DNA of 64,000 nucleotides from a virus: the IMG/VR virus record IMGVR_UViG_3300025536_000011; one strand, 5' to 3'. The notes beneath the pieces were generated by a model. That model saw nothing but the letters and a program-made list of their open reading frames with translations, did not search any database and was not told the origin of the DNA. The position numbers and the translations under genes were made by a program. Below are positions 18,302 to 26,993 of this stretch, piece after piece (the first letter of the stretch is position 1; the number at the start of each line of letters is the position of its first letter).

Positions 18302-18921
18302 ATTACATTCTCTTTATTAAAATTAATTAAATCTTTAATCCATTCTCTAAACTCTTGTAATGATAAGTCTCTTTTGGCCTTATTACAAATTTCACAACAG
18401 GTTACAATATTATCAAGAGTATATCCTAAGTCACTATTAATCCTATCCAATCCATTATAGGTAATACTGCCGTTTGTTTTCCTTTTGTGTATTCTAGCTA
18501 GGCTTGGATGTATGGTTCGTGGCTCTCTACCACAATAATAACAAGTCTGCAAGATATATTGCTTAAATTCTTCTATAGATAAAAGAAAGTCAAACTGAAA
18601 CTTTTTAGCCCTTTGTTTATAAGCATTATAAACATCGTTAAATGCTGCAATTCCAACAGCTTTTTTATTACGGAAAGCCGTTTTAATACTGAGTTTTTGA
18701 TAATTTTCCTTTAAAAGGCAACCACAACTTTGTGTTTTCCCACATATCAAGACGTTCCCTCTCACGATATGCGAATTACCACAGTCACACTTACAGAACC
18801 ACATGTCGTGTCTACGTTTCTTTGCGTCTAATTTATATTCAACAAAACATTCAACCAACAATCTACCAAATCTTTTGTTTGTTAAATCGCGACGAGGATA
18901 TATTCTACGCTTATTCGCCAT
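18298..18921 (-). mobile_element. Free-standing HNH homing endonuclease
   Basis: DLTNKRFGRLLV, WFCKCDCGN, SCGC, CYYCG, GLDRINSDLGYTLDNIVTCCEICNKAK; ATGA overlap with thyX. Confidence 0.85.
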
Positions 18922-18945
18922 ATTGTATAAACTTAACTTCCTGGC

Positions 18946-19158
18946 TCATTCAATAACCTCAAATTCACTTGGATCACAAATTTCTTCATCCATCCTGCGT
19001 TTATGACAAATATTACCCGCTAAATGGCTACACTGACATGTGATTGGGTGTGCTTCCGCTAATCCATACATTAATAGCCCTGCCGGGCCACAATCGTGAA
19101 CTAATTCTACTTCTGTACCAGAGACATACCAAGTATTTGGCTTAGCTATATATTTCAC
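18946..19158 (-). CDS. Hypothetical protein
   Basis: Packed ORF with a GTGA overlap. Confidence 0.4.
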   Translation of the reverse strand: MKYIAKPNTWYVSGTEVELVHDCGPAGLLMYGLAEAHPITCQCSHLAGNICHKRRMDEEICDPSEFEVIE

Positions 19159-19445
19159 CCATCCACCTTTAATTTTATTATATCGCCCGTCTGAGCGTTA
19201 TATCCACGGCCATCCATCTTTTTAAGAAGATCCGCAGTATGCTCTGGCTTGAAAATTCTAATCTGTTGCCCCACGGGCTCGTTTGGGCAGTATGCTACCC
19301 CGGAGTCATCAGGGAATGTAACAATAAAAGCAGATATTGAATTAGGGACTGCGGGATCATAATAAATGAATACGCGACGTTCGTTGAATGCTTGTTCAGC
19401 CTCAGTTTGCTTCATAAAACATTCCACACGAAGCATGAACATCAA
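19155..19445 (-). CDS. Hypothetical protein
   Basis: Packed ORF. Confidence 0.45.
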   Translation of the reverse strand: MMFMLRVECFMKQTEAEQAFNERRVFIYYDPAVPNSISAFIVTFPDDSGVAYCPNEPVGQQIRIFKPEHTADLLKKMDGRGYNAQTGDIIKLKVDG

Positions 19446-20256
19446 AGCCTACCCGATTTACGATGCTAGTTTTTATACCAGATTGCTCCCAAGTATAACG
19501 TACCGTTTCCATAGATCCCTCTTCGCCGAACTTCTCATTAAAAGGATTATAATATACTAAGTTCACATCATATAAGAGTCTTGCTCTTGAAAAGGCGTTA
19601 TATAGCATCATTACCTGAAAACTACTATCATTGACGCCTTTAATTACTGCATAATGAACGCGAATAATTTTATGCGTGTGATCTTGCCATTCTTTTAATT
19701 TACCAATAGCTTGTTCAAGCGGCATTGCGTTCGGCAACCATCGTTGCCTCACTTTTTCATCTGCCGAATAAGCTGAATAATATATATCTGGATGGATAAC
19801 TGGAAAAATCTCCATAAGAGACTTATCTAATGATTTGGGCATAATGGTAGATATCTTAAATCTTGGCAAAAGACCGCTCTTGAGAGCCAAATATCCCATT
19901 TTTTCAAATAAATAATCAGTACCATTAATTAAGTCAGAAGATAATGGTTCGCCACGAGCCATAAAATTATAATTTACAATGCTAGCCTTGTTAGGCAAGG
20001 AATCATAGTGGGTAATAACTTTCTTAACTTGTGTAAAAATCTCTTCCATCCGAACATTACGATACTTGGTTTGATGCGATTGTGTTAAATGGCACATCCG
20101 ACATCCCTGATTACACCCTGTCTGAACAGACAGGTAACAAATCACTTCGTCTGGCGACCGCCTAACATAACGTGCTTCTAAAAACTCGCCATCGCCGACA
20201 GGCGATATAAAATTAACTGACTCGTCTAAAGACGAGACAAGTTTAATCTCGTTCAT
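19402..20256 (-). CDS. RlmN/Cfr-like radical SAM enzyme (divergent, N-terminally short)
   Basis: SVQTGCNQGCRMC (CxxxCxxC), FMARGEPL, IKGVNDS, VNLVYYNP, GFDVHASCGMF. Confidence 0.85.
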   Translation of the reverse strand: MNEIKLVSSLDESVNFISPVGDGEFLEARYVRRSPDEVICYLSVQTGCNQGCRMCHLTQSHQTKYRNVRMEEIFTQVKKVITHYDSLPNKASIVNYNFMARGEPLSSDLINGTDYLFEKMGYLALKSGLLPRFKISTIMPKSLDKSLMEIFPVIHPDIYYSAYSADEKVRQRWLPNAMPLEQAIGKLKEWQDHTHKIIRVHYAVIKGVNDSSFQVMMLYNAFSRARLLYDVNLVYYNPFNEKFGEEGSMETVRYTWEQSGIKTSIVNRVGFDVHASCGMFYEAN

Positions 20257-20680
20257 CTAACTCCACTCCAGCCTCTTTAAATAACTCGCGAGTCAACGCG
20301 AGCGAATCTTTCCAACGTTCTGCCAATTCAGGAGTTGGCTTTTTAGTCACAACTCTAAAAATTCCTGCCTGGATAATTATATTTGCACAATTAGAACATG
20401 GCGGGAATGGCCAAACATACATTGTGCCATATTTAACCGGCTGAGTAGCGTTCAAGATCGCATTCACGTCAGCATGAATTATATACTTATATTTTAAGTC
20501 ACGATTATTAAGTCGTTCAGGCGTATCTTCAATATCTTGTGGGAAACCATTATAACCTATGGAAATCAGGTGTTTCTCTCCATCTGTAATTACCGCACCA
20601 ACCTTCGTTGACGGATCTTTTGATCGCGAAGCGACAAGTTCTGCCATTTTCAAGAAAAAATCATCCCACGATTCTCTCAT
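20243..20680 (-). CDS. dCMP deaminase family protein (HAD in place of HAE)
   Basis: RSKDPSTKVGA, GYNGFP, IHADVNAI, PPCSNC. Confidence 0.88.
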   Translation of the reverse strand: MRESWDDFFLKMAELVASRSKDPSTKVGAVITDGEKHLISIGYNGFPQDIEDTPERLNNRDLKYKYIIHADVNAILNATQPVKYGTMYVWPFPPCSNCANIIIQAGIFRVVTKKPTPELAERWKDSLALTRELFKEAGVELDERD

Positions 20681-21162
20681 GCTCCAAATTCCTTATCTAA
20701 GGCCAAAAGACCGGCTGGATCATTCTTTACAAGATTAATTCTTGTAAGGTTTTCCATCGCGTCGGCCTCTTCTTCTATTTGTTCATTAGCCATATGCTGT
20801 AAAAATTGTAAAGCATTATAATCTTTAGTACGTTGAGCAATATCATTTAAAGTATTAATTTTTTCGGTTACAACGCCCTCATGAGCAAGAGCAAGTTCAA
20901 ATAGTTGAGCTATGGACGTAAAATCATGTTTTGGAGCCGCGAGAGCTTCGAGCCGCACATTATAGTTACGATCTAATAAATGCTTGAAAAATTCCTTAGC
21001 GTGTCCACCTTCCTCGTTTGCCTTCTGATAGAAGAAGGCAGCAAAACCATTATAATGTTGGCCTTCTGCATATAGAGCTAGAGCATAATATACCTGTGCT
21101 GAATATATCTCATAATTAGCCTGTTTGTTTAGTGCGTCACCCAAGTCTCTGCCTATAATCAT
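20677..21162 (-). CDS. ftn: Non-haem ferritin (FtnA-like)
   Basis: LNKQANYE..S...Y, GFAAFF, EEGGHA, ALAHE..VT..IN, QFLQ...EQIEEE ferroxidase residues. Confidence 0.9.
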   Translation of the reverse strand: MIIGRDLGDALNKQANYEIYSAQVYYALALYAEGQHYNGFAAFFYQKANEEGGHAKEFFKHLLDRNYNVRLEALAAPKHDFTSIAQLFELALAHEGVVTEKINTLNDIAQRTKDYNALQFLQHMANEQIEEEADAMENLTRINLVKNDPAGLLALDKEFGA

Positions 21163-21464
21163 TTACGAGCCTCCAGTATACTGCGTTTAGTCTGCTTGAA
21201 TTGTCCCTCTGGGACAATAATATTACTGAACCATACATCAAGAGCTTTCTCTAAATTATCAATAACAGCATCTACATCAAACATTCGAGCAACAGCTATA
21301 AGAAATGTATATTGTCCCCTGGCCTGAACAGAGTCTAAACCTTCTACTTCTGTAAGTTTTCCAGCAAGATCTTTATCAACTTGCTTTGAAAGGTGTAGCA
21401 AGAATAGTCGTTCTACTGGTTTGCCGTCCTGATCTTTAGCTTCTTCTATTAAATAGTTTCCCAT
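21159..21464 (-). CDS. Hypothetical protein
   Basis: Coupled ORF. Confidence 0.5.
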   Translation of the reverse strand: MGNYLIEEAKDQDGKPVERLFLLHLSKQVDKDLAGKLTEVEGLDSVQARGQYTFLIAVARMFDVDAVIDNLEKALDVWFSNIIVPEGQFKQTKRSILEARK

Positions 21465-21658
21465 TATTTAATTTTTCCTTTTTTACTGTTGGCAATAGAT
21501 GTAATAAATTGTTTTATAGATGCTAAGTTTTCAAGCGTAATTTCATATCCCCAGTTCTCACCACCGAAGGTCTCAATTTCGATGCATTCACGATTAACAT
21601 TTATACTTCTAATATCGTCAGCATTAAAAATACGTGTTTCTGCAAAAGTAAGTTTCAT
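21464..21658 (-). CDS. Hypothetical protein
   Basis: AGGAG SD just downstream of the tRNA. Confidence 0.5.
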   Translation of the reverse strand: MKLTFAETRIFNADDIRSINVNRECIEIETFGGENWGYEITLENLASIKQFITSIANSKKGKIK

Positions 21659-21682
21659 CCTATCTCCTATAACTACGTTAGA

Positions 21683-21757
21683 TGGTAGCGAGAGCCTAGA
21701 ATTGCACTAGGAACTGGCGGTTATGAGCCGCCTGTGATACTGTTTCACCACTCCGCG
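21683..21757 (-). tRNA. tRNA with CAT anticodon (Met, initiator-like), encoded CCA
   Basis: Reverse complement folds as a cloverleaf: acceptor CGCGGAG/CTC(T)CGCT-A-CCA, D stem GTGA/TCAC, anticodon stem GGCGG/CCGCC with loop CTCATAA, T stem CCTAG/CTAGG with loop TGCAATT. Confidence 0.88.
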
Positions 21758-24673
21758 TTATATACCGCACGCCTCCCCATCACAACCAGTCGGGGCTTCA
21801 CTCTCTATTCTAGCACGGAGGTCAATGGGTGTCAAGCGACTTTTCATTTTCTCGTACTCTTCCTTAGTAATAGTCTCATATGGGGCTTGCTGATAACCAT
21901 GGCCTGTTAATGGTAGGAATGAAATACTTTTAAGCTGATCTTCATACATTTCAAGGATGTGAGGGATATCATCAGCTTCTTCTGGTTTAAATGTTACTGT
22001 AACACTCACTTGGTTATCTGCCCATGCTCTTTGGTATGCTACAGCGTTTGCGGTCTGTTCCCAAATAGTTGCGTCGTCTTTCCCGCGTTCATAAAATTCC
22101 TCATGAATAGGAAATTCGGCAACCATACTAGAATCTTCCTTACCTATTTCTGGCTCTACTTTATAACCGGCTTTGATCAAGGCTGCTACCAGCGGTGAGA
22201 ACTTACTCAGACGTATTCGTCTGATATAATATTCTGAATGAGGATAATGAATGCCTGGCGGCTCACCAGGCAGTAAAGAAACTGTGCCTGATGGCTTCAC
22301 GCTTGTCTTTTTAATTGATTGTGGTATACAGAGCCAATTAGAATATTGAACGTCTAGTGCAGTAATGAACTTATATCCTTCGTCACACCACTTAAGCATA
22401 TTATTGCGACCATGCTTTTTAAATGCCTTGATAATACCACTTTGAGAAAGTCCAATTCTACGATTACGCATCATAACCGCATTAGTGATTTCCCAATGGG
22501 TGGGCACTAAAGTAACAGTCTTTGCATAAAGATATGCTATCTTAAGAGTTTCCAAGTATTCTTCTAATGAATCATGGCGAGAGGGGAAGGTCTCTACTAA
22601 GCAGCATAATTCGAAATCTTCTAAACTCTGCTCCAGACACGGGTTACATCCAATAGCATTTTTATCTTTCCAATTTGGAGCGTCTACCATACGTCCAAAC
22701 GCTTGGATATTATCCAACCATATATATCCGGGCTCTCCATTAGAAGCACTTAATTGAGATAAATGAGAATAATTCATTCCTTTTGTCACAAATACAGAAT
22801 TATTGCTAGCCCATCTATGATTCATAAGTTTTGCTTTGTCTTGCTTCATAGAGACAAAACTGTCATCTTCTGGATCACCGATAGCTACTTCCGCTGATCT
22901 TCGTGAGTTACCGCTAACCACTACTTTTCCTAATAAATTCATAATATCTACTATATCAACGCTAGACAAAGTTAGCCCTATCTTTTTACGAAAGATATTC
23001 TCTTCTACGTATTCGAAAAAATCAATCAGTGGTTGTGGACCACTTGCTATACCACCAAAACCTTTAATCGGGGTTCCTGCCGCTCTAATCATAGAATAAT
23101 CAAATATTGGCATTGGATTACCCTTAATAAGAAAGGCATTTAAGAACAAATCTAGTGCTTTAACCCATCCTTCTCTGTCGTCAGGAATACTAAACTTAGT
23201 GGTTCCTTTAGGGGTAAAAATCTTTGCTTTGTCGGCTCCACGAGTATCAAAGCCTACACCGACCCCCAACATAGACATATCCATTAAAAACAAAAATGGA
23301 ATAATTGGATCAGTATTTAAATCTTTAGTAGAAATAAATGCACAATTGCTAGTTAAAATATTCCCATCTAGCGTAAATGCATGATATTTATCAACAGTTG
23401 CACAAAATACTTCCTCAAAACGATTAGTCTCCTCTACGGTTTTTACTATCCAGCAAATCTTACGCCTACGATCAGAGGACTTACTAGTTAAAAAATTCTC
23501 TCTGTGATGCGGCATAATAAAGAAATCTTCTGATAAAGTTTCTGGCATTAAATTTATAGTATATACATCGTGCTCTTGATTTGTTAAATTGCTAACCTTA
23601 CGCTCATGTCTAATATCATAAGCACCTATCCCAATAATCGCACAAATATCTTTAACAAATAATAAATTCTCTTTATTATAACTAGTAATAGAAACTGCAC
23701 CATTTTTATCGCAGGAGCCATCTGCTGCGAAATAACCAGATAAAAATCCATATAAATATGATCGCTCTAACGAGAGACTAGGTTTATCTTTAAAATATCC
23801 TGGCAAATTATTTATATACCAATAACCCTCTTCGTCATGTTTTGAAATGTCGGAAAATGGAAAAAATTTAGTTAAATGTATATTTTTTTCACCACATAGT
23901 TTAATAGCACATCCATTAGTCAGCTTTGTGCCATCGCCGAAAATAATGCCATGAGCAACGCCATAATCAGAACGCGGTATAGCATTAATACCTTGACCAA
24001 AGACATATTGTAGTCTATGAATACCTTCGCGTAAATCTATCGTTCTCAGTCTTGTCCAATGATCATCTCTGTATTTACGCCTTTTGTCATTCACAAACCA
24101 TTCATGGTCTGGAGTAGTATATATTATTTTTTCTCTTCCTTGCCTTGATAATGTTAATTTCATTAATTTTTGATTACCAAACGACTTGATAGGTGCTTTA
24201 ACCCATTTACCACCAGTCGTTAATAATAATTGCTCGGTATTAACACAATCTCCAATATTTTTAATACCATCACGAGTAATAATAGCCGTATGATAACTAA
24301 AACAGTTGTTTAATGATGCACCACCATTCTTAAGCAGTTGGGGAGTACCCATCGCCCACAGCCCTCTACCCGGAGGCAAGAATTTAAAGTCCCATATTAA
24401 TTGGAACATTTTCTGAGCAGTACGCTGTGCCTTCTTTTCGTTCCATGGCAACCTATGCTGCTTACAATGATTCTTCTGAATAGAAAAAGTGCCATTCACC
24501 ACTCTTTCGACAGTCTCCCAAAATTCTTCTGTTCTGTCTTCGCCGTCTATGCGACGTGAATACGTTCGTAGATAAGTAATTAATCCTAATGGTCCAAAAT
24601 CTGGTTGCTTGCTCTTATATTTCTCAAGGAATGTATCTTGTAATGCAAAAGATGGCTTACAAATATCAAACAT
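21758..24673 (-). CDS. nrdJ: Class II (B12-dependent, monomeric RTPR-type) ribonucleotide reductase with intein
   Basis: FLPPGRGLW, LNNC, GVGVGF, SGP.PL, GNSRRSAE, GCNPCLEQ, VKPSGTVS, QAPYE, C-terminal CDGEAC. Confidence 0.93.
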   Translation of the reverse strand: MFDICKPSFALQDTFLEKYKSKQPDFGPLGLITYLRTYSRRIDGEDRTEEFWETVERVVNGTFSIQKNHCKQHRLPWNEKKAQRTAQKMFQLIWDFKFLPPGRGLWAMGTPQLLKNGGASLNNCFSYHTAIITRDGIKNIGDCVNTEQLLLTTGGKWVKAPIKSFGNQKLMKLTLSRQGREKIIYTTPDHEWFVNDKRRKYRDDHWTRLRTIDLREGIHRLQYVFGQGINAIPRSDYGVAHGIIFGDGTKLTNGCAIKLCGEKNIHLTKFFPFSDISKHDEEGYWYINNLPGYFKDKPSLSLERSYLYGFLSGYFAADGSCDKNGAVSITSYNKENLLFVKDICAIIGIGAYDIRHERKVSNLTNQEHDVYTINLMPETLSEDFFIMPHHRENFLTSKSSDRRRKICWIVKTVEETNRFEEVFCATVDKYHAFTLDGNILTSNCAFISTKDLNTDPIIPFLFLMDMSMLGVGVGFDTRGADKAKIFTPKGTTKFSIPDDREGWVKALDLFLNAFLIKGNPMPIFDYSMIRAAGTPIKGFGGIASGPQPLIDFFEYVEENIFRKKIGLTLSSVDIVDIMNLLGKVVVSGNSRRSAEVAIGDPEDDSFVSMKQDKAKLMNHRWASNNSVFVTKGMNYSHLSQLSASNGEPGYIWLDNIQAFGRMVDAPNWKDKNAIGCNPCLEQSLEDFELCCLVETFPSRHDSLEEYLETLKIAYLYAKTVTLVPTHWEITNAVMMRNRRIGLSQSGIIKAFKKHGRNNMLKWCDEGYKFITALDVQYSNWLCIPQSIKKTSVKPSGTVSLLPGEPPGIHYPHSEYYIRRIRLSKFSPLVAALIKAGYKVEPEIGKEDSSMVAEFPIHEEFYERGKDDATIWEQTANAVAYQRAWADNQVSVTVTFKPEEADDIPHILEMYEDQLKSISFLPLTGHGYQQAPYETITKEEYEKMKSRLTPIDLRARIESEAPTGCDGEACGI
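23345..24304 (-). mobile_element. Intein (320 aa) with LAGLIDADG endonuclease in nrdJ
   Basis: Starts CFSYHTAI, block B TPDHEW, HGIIFGDG and FLSGYFAADG motifs, ends NILTSN|C. Confidence 0.92.
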
Positions 24674-25741
24674 TTAAACCCCCGTAAATCTTGCGGCGTG
24701 AAATAACTTATACCAAGGCATATTAATTTTAGTGCCTAAATCTAAAACTTCATTCGCGACCATAGACGAGCCCAGAAACGAACAATTTATCCCGTCTGGG
24801 TTATAACCAATATTAACATATTCATGATCTTTTATTTTACCGACCACGGGTAATCTATTATCTGTGCTAGCCGACAATTGAGACCACGTATATTCATAAG
24901 TTGGGTCTTGAATACCCAACAAACTCACTATACGATGTAATTTTTTATTATTCTTAAAATTTACATCATCTTCTTCTTTTTTAAGATTTTGTATATCTGG
25001 AACGGTTATGAAAATATACTCATTAACTACTCTAAAAATTAGATCTTCAAAAATAAAGTTAGCATAAATTTGTTGATGCCAATAATCATTCTCTACTGTA
25101 ATACAAAATACATTATCTTTTTGTGGTTTTAGAAAGGGACTATCATTATATATATTGTTAGTGTAAACAACTTTATTTGCCAATACCAGCGTTTTATCTT
25201 TAAGTTGAATACGAATTTTGCCGCCAATATTAGTTATACTATCTATCTTGTGTCCTGTAAGTATATTTTTCTTATATTTCTCATATAGAGATAAAGACAA
25301 GTCATATGGGTTAACACCATAGTCTCCAGAAATAAACAAGCCTCCATGAAATTTATCAGAGCACACCCCATCTTCTATAAGAGTCCCATATTTTTGAAGA
25401 CGATCATATATTATTGAAAGCGTTTGAAATTGTTCTGGTGTCTCGCTAAGCCGAAAAGATCCAGCAAAATTAATATTAATATTAAGTTTTTCTTTACTAA
25501 TAAATTCCCTTAAAAGATCATTATTAATTCTGTGAATATAAAATAGTTTTTCAAAATCATCAATTGCTCCAATCGTTCTGGAGCCAGAGATTACCGCACC
25601 AGAACTACGACCAGAAGACTTAACCCCAATGTCGCCAGGTTCTATAAGTAATGCTTTAATTTTCTTGTGCCTGGAGAGTAATGCCAGGGTAATAAGTCCT
25701 GTTAAGCCACCTCCTATAATAGCTACGTCCCATTGCATCAC
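24674..25741 (-). CDS. FAD-dependent oxidoreductase (DAO/PuuB-like)
   Basis: DVAIIGGGLTG, SSGRSSG, YTW...TDNRLPVVG, NIGYNPDG. Confidence 0.8.
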   Translation of the reverse strand: MMQWDVAIIGGGLTGLITLALLSRHKKIKALLIEPGDIGVKSSGRSSGAVISGSRTIGAIDDFEKLFYIHRINNDLLREFISKEKLNININFAGSFRLSETPEQFQTLSIIYDRLQKYGTLIEDGVCSDKFHGGLFISGDYGVNPYDLSLSLYEKYKKNILTGHKIDSITNIGGKIRIQLKDKTLVLANKVVYTNNIYNDSPFLKPQKDNVFCITVENDYWHQQIYANFIFEDLIFRVVNEYIFITVPDIQNLKKEEDDVNFKNNKKLHRIVSLLGIQDPTYEYTWSQLSASTDNRLPVVGKIKDHEYVNIGYNPDGINCSFLGSSMVANEVLDLGTKINMPWYKLFHAARFTGV

Positions 25742-26025
25742 TATAGTAATTCCTCAATAGACTTCCCTTCGGGAAGAGGTTCTTCGTTTTGAAGTGCTTG
25801 AAGTACTTTTTTGATATCTTCTGGAGTGGTTTTCTTATAAACGCTTCGTATTTGCCTCTGTAGGCAGATGTCGCAAGCGTCCAACTTGTATTCTATTTCT
25901 TGACCATTTTCAAGTATAGCTTTAGCTGTGCCGTCAGACGGCACATAGTCAATCGGCCTAACTGAACGTTTTTTATTACAGTCTGGACAATATATATATT
26001 TGAAGGTCGGTCCCTTAAAAATCAT
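25741..26025 (-). CDS. Small zinc-ribbon protein
   Basis: CPDC and CDIC. Confidence 0.5.
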   Translation of the reverse strand: MIFKGPTFKYIYCPDCNKKRSVRPIDYVPSDGTAKAILENGQEIEYKLDACDICLQRQIRSVYKKTTPEDIKKVLQALQNEEPLPEGKSIEELL

Positions 26026-26501
26026 TAAGTATATCTCCCTGACATATTCATCCTATTATCACTTGAACCAAACCCACGCTCTCCCCGTTCGGTATTTAAA
26101 TTGAATTCTTCTTTAGAAATTTCTATTACTTCTGCCTCTATCGTTTTTTCAAGCTTAAACTGAGCAATTTTATCTCCGGTTTTAATCTTAAAGGCATCAC
26201 TTTTGGATATTAACCAGCTTGGCTTTAAATATCTCATAACAACATTAAGCGGCCCACGGTATGATGTGTCAATAACACCGGCTCCAATAATAATACCCTT
26301 GGTAGCTAACCCCGACCTTTCTTTTACAATTAAAGCGTACCCTATCGGTGGCTCAATACGAATACCTGTCTCTACTATCACGGTACATTCGTCATGAATT
26401 TCTGTGTCTTTAGACGCATATAAATCCCAACAATGGTCGCTGCCGTGTGCTTTAGTCGGCAACTTTGCGTTTGGAGCTTCTTTATACACTCTTAGTTGCA
26501 T
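26025..26501 (-). CDS. dut: Trimeric dUTPase
   Basis: WDL, ERSGLA, GVIDTSYRG, GDKIAQ, ERGERGFGSS. Confidence 0.93.
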   Translation of the reverse strand: MQLRVYKEAPNAKLPTKAHGSDHCWDLYASKDTEIHDECTVIVETGIRIEPPIGYALIVKERSGLATKGIIIGAGVIDTSYRGPLNVVMRYLKPSWLISKSDAFKIKTGDKIAQFKLEKTIEAEVIEISKEEFNLNTERGERGFGSSDNRMNMSGRYT

Positions 26502-26991
26502 ACTGGATCTCCTGAGAAAGATATTTATTAATAACGAGCATAGCTATAGCCTTAAATTGTACTAAGGAAGCAGGAGCGATAAAGCCACGCACTGTATTCT
26601 TCTCGCCACTTTTTGTAATGGTTAAGTTTAGACCCCAATTACCATATTTAATACCTTCTTCTGTCGTTGGTGGTGTTAATTCAAACGAACTAACAACCTC
26701 AACACCATCACGCTCAGACTTATGAATAAACTTTACTTGCTTGCGATGTAAGCCATCAATAGAGGCAACTACTTCGCCTAGTTCGTCAACATTAAGCATG
26801 ATACGAATTTTATTATCCCAATCAAAAGGACTTTCCTTTGAACCAGGAGCAGGTTTTGGACCAGTTTGATTAGCCGCTTCTGCATACAATACTGGTACTC
26901 CGTCTCTTTTTCTTGTGCCACTATGAAACTGGTACGCAGAACCCTTAGCAGGGTCATTATTGGGTCTATAGATTGATACTGGACGTGGCAT
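26482..26991 (-). CDS. Hypothetical protein, possibly nucleic-acid binding
   Basis: Beta-rich with FDWDNKIRIMLNVDELGE; next to the Sak-like gene. Confidence 0.45.
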   Translation of the reverse strand: MPRPVSIYRPNNDPAKGSAYQFHSGTRKRDGVPVLYAEAANQTGPKPAPGSKESPFDWDNKIRIMLNVDELGEVVASIDGLHRKQVKFIHKSERDGVEVVSSFELTPPTTEEGIKYGNWGLNLTITKSGEKNTVRGFIAPASLVQFKAIAMLVINKYLSQEIQYATKSV

Positions 26992-26993
26992 AA

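Noticed and set aside
17606-26501. Uracil- or hydroxymethyl-base-substituted genome
   Set aside because: The phage encodes dUTPase, ThyX and an intact UDG, consistent with normal thymine DNA, and no ThyA-like hydroxymethylase or TET/JBP gene is in the window. Modification genes elsewhere cannot be excluded.
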